This document shows positions 39,501-49,135 of a stretch of 64,000 nt of DNA, piece by piece. The position numbers and the translations under genes are program-made. The stretch lies in the NCBI GenBank assembly GCA_028283605.1, contig JAPWKH010000034.1:74464-138463 (forward strand), read 5' to 3'. The notes under the pieces were generated by a model. That model was given only the letters and a program-made list of their open reading frames with translations, did no database searches and had not been told where the DNA came from. This DNA comes from Arachidicoccus sp. GTDB taxonomy: Bacteria; Bacteroidota; Bacteroidia; Chitinophagales; Chitinophagaceae. Every line of letters begins with the position of its first letter. Position 1 is the stretch's first letter.

Positions 39501-39523
39501 ACTTTTTATAAAAAATAAAAAGT
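39501..39523. promoter_or_regulatory. Putative ROK-repressor operator
   Basis: ACTTTTT-N9-AAAAAGT 23-bp inverted repeat 43 bp upstream of the ROK regulator; the surrounding DNA is very AT-rich, which lowers specificity. Confidence 0.45.
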
Positions 39524-39566
39524 TTTATATACTTTAGCAAAATAGTTAATAATTATAACCAAACTT

Positions 39567-40778
39567 ATGAAAAAAAAGAACTATTCTTATAAGAAAAATA
39601 TAATTAAAGAATTATTGTATATGAAAGTTCTTTCGTGTGCGGAATTGAGTAATAGAATTGAAAAAAGCATTGCTTTAACAACTAAAGTATTAAATGAAAT
39701 GATGGCAGAAGGTATTATTGTTTCCGAAGGCCATGCTCCTTCAAGCGGCGGACGGCGACCGATTACTTATTCATTGAAAAATGAATCATTTTATATAATA
39801 GCTGTAGCAATGGATCAGTTTGTAACCAGAATTGCGGTAATGGATCCTCAGTTAAATATTATAAACAATATAGCAAAAAGGGAATTGAATCTTGCGGAAA
39901 ATGCCAATGCATTAAATGAACTGGCAAGCTGCATTGAGAGCGAAATTGTATTAGCAGGAATTGATAGAAATAAAATCATAGGTATCGGAATCGGGATGCC
40001 AGGTTTTATAAATGCAAAGCAAGGGTCTAATTACACGTTTATGGGCGAGCATATTGCTACACATATACAATCTCAGGTAAAAATTCCGGTTTTCATTGAT
40101 AATGATTCATCTCTGATCGGGTTAGCCGAAAACAAATTCGGAGAAGCGAAGAACGAAAAAAATGCATTGATTATAAATCTGAGTTGGGGAATAGGGTTGG
40201 GAATGATTATCGATTCAAAGTTATTCAGAGGCGATGAAGGGTTTGCGGGAGAATTAAGTCATATTCCTTTATTCAGCAATGGAAAACTTTGCAGTTGCGG
40301 AAAAACTGGTTGTTTGGAAACAGAGACATCTCTCAATTATATGCTTGCTGAAGCGGAAAATAGCATTAAGAATGGCCGGCCCTCGGTTCTAAAAGATTTA
40401 TTGGCCAATGCCAAAGATCATGAAGAAAAATATGAAGCATTTATAAAAGCGGCAAAAATAGGAGATTCCCTCGTAATAGAAATTGTATCAAAAGTGAGTT
40501 ATAATATAGGCAGGGGGGTAGCGATACTCATACATTTATTGAATCCTGGAAAAATAATCATCAGCGGAAGATGCTCCGCAGCAGGAAAAGTATGGCTTGC
40601 GCCTATACACCAGGCGTTGTATGAATTTTGTATTCCCAAACTGGTAAAAAATATTACGATTGAACTTTCAAAAATGTCGCATACCGCAGAGATCATGGGC
40701 GCTGCAGCATTGGTAATAGAAAACATTCATTCCTGTACAATAGAAGCAATACATCCTAAACAATATCAATTAAACTAA
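39567..40778 (+). CDS. ROK family transcriptional regulator (NagC/XylR-like)
   Basis: N-terminal HTH and GGRRP, GIGMPG, IDND, GIGLG, GELSH, CSCGKTGCLE. Confidence 0.92.
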   Translation: MKKKNYSYKKNIIKELLYMKVLSCAELSNRIEKSIALTTKVLNEMMAEGIIVSEGHAPSSGGRRPITYSLKNESFYIIAVAMDQFVTRIAVMDPQLNIINNIAKRELNLAENANALNELASCIESEIVLAGIDRNKIIGIGIGMPGFINAKQGSNYTFMGEHIATHIQSQVKIPVFIDNDSSLIGLAENKFGEAKNEKNALIINLSWGIGLGMIIDSKLFRGDEGFAGELSHIPLFSNGKLCSCGKTGCLETETSLNYMLAEAENSIKNGRPSVLKDLLANAKDHEEKYEAFIKAAKIGDSLVIEIVSKVSYNIGRGVAILIHLLNPGKIIISGRCSAAGKVWLAPIHQALYEFCIPKLVKNITIELSKMSHTAEIMGAAALVIENIHSCTIEAIHPKQYQLN

Positions 40779-40814
40779 ACCGGAATTTCTCAACACTAAT
40801 AAAATAAAAACTTT

Positions 40815-43800
40815 ATGAAAAAAAGCAGACTATTTTCATGTAAAAAGGTTTTTCTATTATTCTTGGCAAGTGCGTTATGTATCTTGTCTTATGCACAGGA
40901 TCAAAGCATATCCGGCATAGTAAAGAGTAATAGCGGAACACCCTTAGGTGGCGTTACCGTTATTGTACAAAACAGTAATGTACATTCGCTCACCAAAGAT
41001 GATGGTACTTATACCATTAAAGCAGCTGTTGGTGCACATTTGATATTTTCGTATATCGGCTATCAAACGCAAACCTTAACGGCTTCATCCGCTTCTTTGG
41101 ATGTAATACTTGTTCAAAACGATATTGCATCAGCCGGAAATGATGTGGTAGTAACGGCGTTCGGAGTAAAACGGCAGGAACGTTCATTGGGCTATGCAGT
41201 ATCCACAATCAGTGCAAAGGACATTACGGAAACAGGTGCAACTAATTTCGCATCCGCTATGTATGGCAAGGCAGCCGGGGTAAAAATTGTGTCTCCTCCC
41301 GGCGGAGCATCTACTGCGGTAAGTGTACAAATCAGAGGATTATCATCTATTTCAAACAATACGCAACCCTTATATGTTGTGGATGGTGTGCCTATAAGAT
41401 TGTATAATGATTTGTCCGGAAATAGTGGGAACTCTTCAAATAATAATGGTTATTGGTCTAATACACAAATACAAGGAAACGGCGTATTGGATATTAATCC
41501 GAACGATATAGCAAGTATTTCCATCCTGAAAGGAGCTGCTGCAGCTGCATTATATGGCTCGGAAGCGACAAACGGAGTAGTAATGATTACTACCAAAAAA
41601 GGGAATAAAGGAAAAGGGTTGGGTGTAGATCTCAATTATGTAATTAATCAGGAAAAAGTTGCTTATGGACCGGATTACCAAAACGAATATGGTCCCGGCG
41701 ATGGTCCAATTTGGGGTACGCTCAATGAAGGTACTCAAAATGATTTATTTGTGCATGAATCCAATGGGGTTGTACATCCTGTATATTCTACCGATGCTCA
41801 ATTCGGGCCTAAATTTGATGGCCAGCAGGTAGAAGATTGGGATGGTACAATGAGATCTTATAACGCTCAGCCCAATAACTGGAAAGAATTTTACCAAACT
41901 GGTTACAATTCTTCTTTGAATGTAGCCATTGCAAATGCAGGTGATATAGGTAATTACCGTTTATCTTATAATAGAGTAGATTATAAAGGCATAATGCCGG
42001 GAAGTAACCTAAATAAAAATGTTTTCAACTTCAATGGAACATTAAATCTTAGCAAAGCAGTAAGTGTAGATTTATCTTCTACGTATAATTATACATTTAC
42101 TCATAATCGACCGTATCAAATGCATCAATTATTTGCTTCTTTTGGCGGCTTCTTTTCGAGGTTTGATGATATGAATACATATAAAACTCGCTATAAAACC
42201 ACCGATGGATATAAATATGTTACAGCCGGAGGTAATCAATATGATGTTGATCAGGCTTTTGCTTATTCCATGAATGCGACTAATTTATTGGATTATTTTT
42301 GGACAGCATTAAGAGACATAAATAATGAAACGCAAAATAGGTTTATGAATAGTGTAACTTTGAATATTGCACTTTCAGAACATTTAAAATTGCGTGGCCG
42401 TGTAGGGAATGATTACACTTCGTGGAATATAATTAACGATAATCATAATACGCAACCATCTTTTGTAGGACCAAGTGGGCAATATTCTACTCAGAATAAT
42501 CTTTATAACAGAGTGTATGGCGATGGATTGATTACCTATACGAATAAATTTTCTTCAGATTGGAATATTACTATAATGGGGGGTGTTACCGCTCGTAAAG
42601 ATGTATCTAATAATCAGTATAGCACAACACAAAATGGCTTAGTGCAAGAAAATTTCTTTAGTTTAAGTAATTCATCGGGCACTTTACAAACCAGCGCTAC
42701 AAGACAGCAACAAAATGAAAGTGCTTATTTCGGAACAGTAGATATTAATTTTAAAAACTTGCTGTACTTAGAAGGAACAGGAAGGCATGAAGGAATTTCT
42801 ACTTTACCTCCCGGATCAAACCAGTTTTTTTATCCTTCGGTAAGTGCAGGTTTCATTTTGTCTGATGCTGTAAAATTACCAACACTTTTTAATTATGCTA
42901 AATTGAGAGCTTCATATGCAGAAGTGGGTAATTATCCGGGTATTTATCAAGCTAATGTTTCCTTTTGGCAATCAAATGTTCCTAATGGAAGCGGCAACTA
43001 CATATATCAATCAAGTGCATCTTCTAATTTTGGTAATCTTAATTTAAAATCAGAATTAAAAAAAGAAATGGAATTTGGTTTGGAGACAAGATTACTGCAT
43101 AATATACTTGGATTAGATATAAGTTATTATAACAACAAGGTAGAAAGGCAAATTTTGTATTTATCAACGCCTTATTCTACAGGAACTTCAAGTGAGATTG
43201 CAAATGCAGGAAATCTATCTAACTATGGTGTAGAAGCGGCTTTGAATGCAAGTCCTATTACTTCTAATGATTTTAAATGGACAACAGGGTTCAATTTTTC
43301 TATAAACAAAAATAAAATTACCGCCTTACCAAATGGAGTCTCTACTCTTACTTTAAGCAATCAAGATGGTGGTTATGCTATTATCCAGGCAAATGTAGGA
43401 GACGCATTAGGAAATATATATGTACATCCAATTGCGACAGATGGTAATGGAAATAAAATTATAACCTCAAGCGGTATTTATCAAATTGATGCAAACTCCT
43501 ATAAATATGTTGGCAATATAATGTCAAAATTTGTAGGGGGCTGGACAAATACGCTTACTTACAAATCTTTTTCATTAGATCTAACATTTGATTACAGATT
43601 AGGGGGTAGTTTATTATCTATACCTACTTATTATCAAATCGGAGCAGGTATGTATAAGAACACTTTGCAATATCGTGATGCTGCACATGGTGGCATATCG
43701 TACAATATTGTTAATGGCGCTACTGTTCAGGCTGCGAACGGAACCTTTAATGATGGTATTATTTTGAAAGGGGTTCATTCCGATGGGAGCACAAATTCTA

Positions 43801-44129
43801 CAATTATTGACGCAAGCCATTATTATCAGTACACATATAATTGGGAAACCACCGGCGATTATGAAAACGCAGTTTTTAAAAATAGTTATATAAAATTTAG
43901 AGAAGCGGCGCTCAATTATAATTTACCGTCTTCCTTCGCACATAAAATTCATTTCCAAAGACTGCAATTATCATTAATCGGAAGAAATTTATTTTATATA
44001 TGGAAAACACTGCCACATGGCTTAGATCCTGAAATTGGTGTAGGTTCATCCTGGCTATCTCAAGGTGTTGATGGAGGTAATCCTGCTCCTACAAGAAGTA
44101 TGGGGCTAAGCTTAACGGCAGGTTTTTAA
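40815..44129 (+). CDS. susC: SusC/RagA family TonB-dependent transporter
   Basis: N-terminal CarboxypepD-like domain, LGYAVSTI, PLYVVDG, DINPNDIASISILKG..AAALYGS..TNGVVMITTKKG, terminal F. Confidence 0.95.
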   Translation: MKKSRLFSCKKVFLLFLASALCILSYAQDQSISGIVKSNSGTPLGGVTVIVQNSNVHSLTKDDGTYTIKAAVGAHLIFSYIGYQTQTLTASSASLDVILVQNDIASAGNDVVVTAFGVKRQERSLGYAVSTISAKDITETGATNFASAMYGKAAGVKIVSPPGGASTAVSVQIRGLSSISNNTQPLYVVDGVPIRLYNDLSGNSGNSSNNNGYWSNTQIQGNGVLDINPNDIASISILKGAAAAALYGSEATNGVVMITTKKGNKGKGLGVDLNYVINQEKVAYGPDYQNEYGPGDGPIWGTLNEGTQNDLFVHESNGVVHPVYSTDAQFGPKFDGQQVEDWDGTMRSYNAQPNNWKEFYQTGYNSSLNVAIANAGDIGNYRLSYNRVDYKGIMPGSNLNKNVFNFNGTLNLSKAVSVDLSSTYNYTFTHNRPYQMHQLFASFGGFFSRFDDMNTYKTRYKTTDGYKYVTAGGNQYDVDQAFAYSMNATNLLDYFWTALRDINNETQNRFMNSVTLNIALSEHLKLRGRVGNDYTSWNIINDNHNTQPSFVGPSGQYSTQNNLYNRVYGDGLITYTNKFSSDWNITIMGGVTARKDVSNNQYSTTQNGLVQENFFSLSNSSGTLQTSATRQQQNESAYFGTVDINFKNLLYLEGTGRHEGISTLPPGSNQFFYPSVSAGFILSDAVKLPTLFNYAKLRASYAEVGNYPGIYQANVSFWQSNVPNGSGNYIYQSSASSNFGNLNLKSELKKEMEFGLETRLLHNILGLDISYYNNKVERQILYLSTPYSTGTSSEIANAGNLSNYGVEAALNASPITSNDFKWTTGFNFSINKNKITALPNGVSTLTLSNQDGGYAIIQANVGDALGNIYVHPIATDGNGNKIITSSGIYQIDANSYKYVGNIMSKFVGGWTNTLTYKSFSLDLTFDYRLGGSLLSIPTYYQIGAGMYKNTLQYRDAAHGGISYNIVNGATVQAANGTFNDGIILKGVHSDGSTNSTIIDASHYYQYTYNWETTGDYENAVFKNSYIKFREAALNYNLPSSFAHKIHFQRLQLSLIGRNLFYIWKTLPHGLDPEIGVGSSWLSQGVDGGNPAPTRSMGLSLTAGF

Positions 44130-44175
44130 AAATTAATATATAAAAATAATTTTCAAAAGATTTAAATTTATAATA

Positions 44176-45775
44176 ATGAAACGAATAATCACAAATACAG
44201 CCGTAATCTTGATACTTTTCGGTTTATTCAGTTCCTGTAAAAAAACTCTTGATAATAATTTTACCAATCCGGAGTTGCCTACTACCGGATCTGTAGGAGC
44301 ATTATTTACAGGAATGCTGCTAAATAACAGAATACATTCTTCTTATTGGGATTACTATACTTTTATAATGACAGTAACGGCACCTTTTTCTCAAATGTGT
44401 GCAATAAGTCCAAGTAGTCAAATGTATATACCAAATGCAAGCTATACTGATGCCCGATGGTCAGATTATTATGATGGTTCCATTGGAGGTGGTACAACAT
44501 CGGTCGATTATAGATATTCCAGGTCCCGGGATTTTGAGTAATTATGCTGAAATGAATGCTGCATATTCTGCTTTATCAGAGGATAAAAAAGCTGATCAAT
44601 ATGTTTTTTTACAAGTTGGTAAAGTAATCGTTTGTGACCAAACTGCACAAATGATAGATTTATGGGGCGATATTCCTTATTTTCAAGCAAACTCAATTAA
44701 CTCTAACAGAAATATAGTAAATGCACCATTTGATGCAGCAGCTACCATTTATGATACCTTAATTTCTAACTTGAAAGATTTAAATACTTATTTTGCCGCA
44801 GCATCTCTTTCTTCTAATGCGCAATCTGCTCTTACTGCACAGGATTTGATATACAAAGGAAAATTAAGCAAATGGAGAGAATATGCTAATTCATTAAGGC
44901 TAAGGTTACTAATGCGTATATCAAATGCAAACGAAAGCTTTGCTAAAACGGAGGTTGCAACAATGCTGCAAGATCCTAATACATATCCTTTGCTTACTGA
45001 TAATGCAGATAATGCACAATTAAACCAATCTCCAAGCACATTAGAGAGTGATATTCAAGGAGGCATAGGACTTGCTCCATTCGCGCCTGATTATTTGTTA
45101 GATTCTATTATGGCACCTAATAATGATCCGCGACTTGCTGTATATTGGGATACTGTCTCGGGAGGTAAATATGTAGGATTTCCTATAACGGGAACGGCTT
45201 CAGATTATACAAATGCTGTGAATAATCATACTATATCGACTTTTGACAGCTCAACGTTTATATACAATTATAATGTTCCGGGAATATTATTTAACGCTGC
45301 TGAAACAAATTTTCTTGAAGCAGAGGCTTATGAGAGATGGGGATTAGGAGATGCTTCTATTCCTTACTATGCCGGAATTCAAAATTCAATTGATTTTTAT
45401 TACGGAATTAATGCTTCAAGAATTTTGAAATCAGGAAGCTGGCCCGTTTTAGCAGAGCCATCATCGACACAAATTAGTACATATGAAGCGCTTCCATCTA
45501 TTGCATATTCAGGATCTACAGAACAAAAACTTGCAAAAATATATACACAAAAATGGGAGCATTTCTTCATACTTCAAGCGCAGCAGGCTTGGGCTGAATA
45601 TAGACGGACAGGATATCCTCAGTTAAAATTTTATGATAATGTATCTTCTGACGGGGAAAATCCACCATTGCGATTATTGTATCCGTCTGCCGAAGCATTA
45701 TACAACGCTGATAATTATTCTAAAGTTGCTTCCCAAGATAAAAAAACAACTAAAATCTTCTGGGACGTAAACTAA
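44176..45775 (+). CDS. susD: SusD/RagB family lipoprotein; apparent +1 frameshift near 44490-44515
   Basis: Lipobox FSSC in ORF 44176-44541; WGDIPY, DPRL, IYTQKW, EYRRTGYP, RLLYP and KIFWD in ORF 44435-45775. Confidence 0.9.
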
Positions 45776-45803
45776 TAAACTAATTCCTTAAAACAAAAAT
45801 GAG

Positions 45804-45834
45804 GAGCCGTTCAGCATTCGCTGGCGGCTTTTTA
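45804..45834 (+). terminator. Intrinsic terminator after susD
   Basis: GAGCCG-TT-CAGC-attc-GCTG-G-CGGCTT followed by a T-run. Confidence 0.7.
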
Positions 45835-45846
45835 TTATATCCATTT

Positions 45847-48297
45847 TTACTCTTCTACATATATCCTTTTTACTCTTTGACCTACGGAAGTAAAAATTTC
45901 ATAAGCAATCGTGCCGCTCCACTCGGCGAGCCTTTGCACAGGGAGATTTTCGCCAAACACTTCCACATCGTCGCCTTCCTTTACATCAGGAATATCGGTA
46001 ATATCTACCATCGTCATATCCATCGCTACATTGCCGATAACTTTTGCCGGTTGATTTTTAATTAATACGTAACCGTTGCCATTGCTGAATCTTCGGTTGT
46101 AACCATCGGCATAGCCAATACGAATGGTTGCAATAGTTGTAGCCTTGTTGATTTTTCCTTTTTGATTATAACCAACTGTTTCGCCGGCTTGCTCATGTTT
46201 TATTTGTGCGATAGTCGTCTTCAGAGAAGCGACTGTTTTAAGATCTAATTTTTCAGGTGTATAATTCACACCATGCAGCCCGATACCTAACCGCACCATA
46301 TCAAATTGAAGTTTGGGATGACGAATGATTGCCGCCGAGTTGGCAATATGCCGAATGAATTTATATTGCAATGCATGTTCAATTTTATCGCAACAGCGAA
46401 TAAAAATATCCATTTGTTTTTTTGTAAAATCATCTTCCGCAGGATCTTCGCTGCCTACCAAATGACTGAAAGCAGATTTTATAATTAAAGAATTATGCGT
46501 TCTTAATTGATTGATTAATTCATCCGTTTCATTTTCTTCAAAGCCGAGCCTGTGCATACCTGTATCAATTTTAATATGAACCGGAAACTGCGCCACGCCT
46601 TGCTTTTGGAGAAATGCAGCGAATTCGTTTAATATTTTAAAAGAATAAATTTCCGGTTCGAGGTTGTGTTCTACAATAGTTTCGAAACCATATTCATCAG
46701 CATTCATTACCATTATCGGAACATTGATACCGGCTTTGCGCAACTCAACGCCTTCATCGGCATAAGCAACTGCCAGATAATCTATTTTATGATATTGCAA
46801 AATGCTCGCAATCTCTATACTTCCGCTTCCGTAAGCGAAGGCTTTAACCATCGCCATCATTTTGGTTGCAGGCTTAAGATGTTTGCGATATTCTTTTAAG
46901 TTGTGAACAATACCGGATAAATTTATCTCTAATCTTGTCTGATGAACTTTCTTAATCAATACATTCAATATTTCTTCGAAATGAAAGCTGCGTGCGCCTT
47001 TCAGCAGAATAGCTTCATTTTTAAACTTGTTGGGCTGAAAACGGTTTATGAAATCGTTGGTAGAATCATAAGTTTCTACAACTTCAATTTTATTTTTTAA
47101 TTCAGTATGATACGATTGCCATTCACGGCCGACAAGAATTAAACGATTAATTTTTTTATTCGGTAAAATGCTGATAATGCTTCTATAATTATTTTCATCA
47201 TTCTTATAAAAGTCTGACAGGATAAGGGTTTTGGATAATAACTGTTGATTAAGCAAATCTAAAGCCACATTGAGCGAATCAATATCCAAACTATAACTGT
47301 CATTAATAATGGTACAATCGTTGATGGCGGGCAATACTTGTAAACGCATATCAATTGCAGGCAGTTGCAACATTTTTTGTGTTATAATTTTTTCATCAAC
47401 ATTCAGGTAAATCGCTGCAAGCCAGCAAACACAGGCATTTTGAATAGATGCTTCATCAATAAATGGTATGGTAATCGAAGTTTTCCTTGCTTTATAGTGC
47501 GCCTTTATGGTTGTTTCTCGTTGCTCTTTTTGTATATCCGTTATTCTTAAAATTGGACTTCCATTTTTTCCATAAGAAAAAATTTGAGCGGCAGTATTTT
47601 TCTTTAATGCAGAAATTATCTGCTCGTCATCTGCATTTGCAATTACAGTATTTGCATGTTGAAATAATTTTATTTTTTCTTCCAGTTTTTGTTGTCTACT
47701 GATAAAACTTTTATCATGCGCATCTCCGATATTGGTAATTATCCCTATTTCGGGACGAATGATTTTTTCAAGATTTTCCATTTCATTTATCTCGGAAATG
47801 CCTGCTTCAAAAATACCTAGATTATCTTCTTTACTCATTTCCCAAACGCTCAATGGCACTCCGATTTGCGAATTGTAGCTGCGCGGGCTGCGAATGATTT
47901 TATAATTATCATTCAACAAAAAATTAAGCCATTCTTTTACAATTGTTTTCCCATTGCTGCCGGTAATGCCGATTACGGAATAATGAAATTGGGAACGATG
48001 ATAAGCGGCTAACTGTTGCAATGCAATCAGCGAATTTTTTACAAATAAGAAATTTGCATCTTTATATTTTCCGGTATCGGTATTTTCCTGTAAAACAAAA
48101 TTTCTGATTCCCTGCCGATATGCTTCTTCAACAAAATTAATACCATTGCGATGTTCCGTTTTTATTGCAAAAAATAATGAAACAGCCGCAAATGTAATCT
48201 TGCGGCTGTCAGTAATCAAGTATTCAATTTTTGTTTTCTTATTTATTAAAATGCTCTCTGCATCAATGATTGTGCTTATCTTATCTATTGTGTACAT
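45847..48297 (-). CDS. alr: Bifunctional MurF / alanine racemase
   Basis: GITGSNGKT and INDSY in the N-terminal Mur ligase part; AMVKAFAYG (PLP lysine), KIDTGMHRLG, GYADG, GNVAMD. Confidence 0.93.
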   Translation of the reverse strand: MYTIDKISTIIDAESILINKKTKIEYLITDSRKITFAAVSLFFAIKTEHRNGINFVEEAYRQGIRNFVLQENTDTGKYKDANFLFVKNSLIALQQLAAYHRSQFHYSVIGITGSNGKTIVKEWLNFLLNDNYKIIRSPRSYNSQIGVPLSVWEMSKEDNLGIFEAGISEINEMENLEKIIRPEIGIITNIGDAHDKSFISRQQKLEEKIKLFQHANTVIANADDEQIISALKKNTAAQIFSYGKNGSPILRITDIQKEQRETTIKAHYKARKTSITIPFIDEASIQNACVCWLAAIYLNVDEKIITQKMLQLPAIDMRLQVLPAINDCTIINDSYSLDIDSLNVALDLLNQQLLSKTLILSDFYKNDENNYRSIISILPNKKINRLILVGREWQSYHTELKNKIEVVETYDSTNDFINRFQPNKFKNEAILLKGARSFHFEEILNVLIKKVHQTRLEINLSGIVHNLKEYRKHLKPATKMMAMVKAFAYGSGSIEIASILQYHKIDYLAVAYADEGVELRKAGINVPIMVMNADEYGFETIVEHNLEPEIYSFKILNEFAAFLQKQGVAQFPVHIKIDTGMHRLGFEENETDELINQLRTHNSLIIKSAFSHLVGSEDPAEDDFTKKQMDIFIRCCDKIEHALQYKFIRHIANSAAIIRHPKLQFDMVRLGIGLHGVNYTPEKLDLKTVASLKTTIAQIKHEQAGETVGYNQKGKINKATTIATIRIGYADGYNRRFSNGNGYVLIKNQPAKVIGNVAMDMTMVDITDIPDVKEGDDVEVFGENLPVQRLAEWSGTIAYEIFTSVGQRVKRIYVEE

Positions 48298-48300
48298 AAA

Positions 48301-48993
48301 TTATTTCAATAAAAATTTTACATTTTCAGAAGCGGTAATTTTAATTTTCTGAAAGTCTATTTGTGGAGTTTGATTTGCCACATCTGCTTTTGCCATTGCA
48401 TACAATCTCACTTGTGGAGTGTATGTGGGAGTACTGTTATTCGCATCAATAATTTGTATGGCTTTTCCTACTTCTTGTCCCAATGGTTTTGCCAAAGCCT
48501 CTGCAATTGTTTTGGCATTTGCAATGGCTTTAGTTCTGCAAACATTTTTAAGTTCATCCATTTTGGAATAATCCACATGGTCGATGGAAGAATTGGCAAT
48601 GCCATTGTCTTCCAGCGCTGCAAACACTTTGCCTGCCGTCATTGCATCATGCACTTTTAGCTGATATGATTTGGTTTTAATTACATCTTTCGAACGAAGA
48701 AAACGATTTTTAAAATCGCTGATAATGTCGCTTGTACTTAAATCTTTTTCAATATTAATTCCAAGTGATTGTAGTGCGTTAATCATTTTTGTTTCCTGCT
48801 GTTCCACAGATTGCTTACTGTCGTTTTCAGAAATTGTAATGTTGATGTATATTTCATCGGGTACAATCATCGTATCTGCAGCCCCGTTTACCTCTACATA
48901 AGGTTGGTTGAAAATATTATTATTATCCGTTTGTGAGAAACTTTTAGATACAATTAATAAGAAGAATATTACAAGCAAATTAATACGTCGCAT
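48301..48993 (-). CDS. SIMPL (DUF541) domain protein
   Basis: VEVNGAA...PDE, AIANAK..AEALA..LG..VGK. Confidence 0.85.
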   Translation of the reverse strand: MRRINLLVIFFLLIVSKSFSQTDNNNIFNQPYVEVNGAADTMIVPDEIYINITISENDSKQSVEQQETKMINALQSLGINIEKDLSTSDIISDFKNRFLRSKDVIKTKSYQLKVHDAMTAGKVFAALEDNGIANSSIDHVDYSKMDELKNVCRTKAIANAKTIAEALAKPLGQEVGKAIQIIDANNSTPTYTPQVRLYAMAKADVANQTPQIDFQKIKITASENVKFLLK

Positions 48994-49135
48994 AGTTTTA
49001 AGATTATAGGTTAAAAATTTTATTTATAGATGCCAATTCCTGATTGATTCCATAAAAATATCAAATAAAAAAGTATTAAATAAATTCAAAACTTACTTAA
49101 GTGGAAGAGTTATGCTCATCTTCTATAAATCAATC

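Noticed and set aside
45847-48297. MurF-alanine racemase fusion as a novelty
   Set aside because: This fusion is well known in Bacteroidota.
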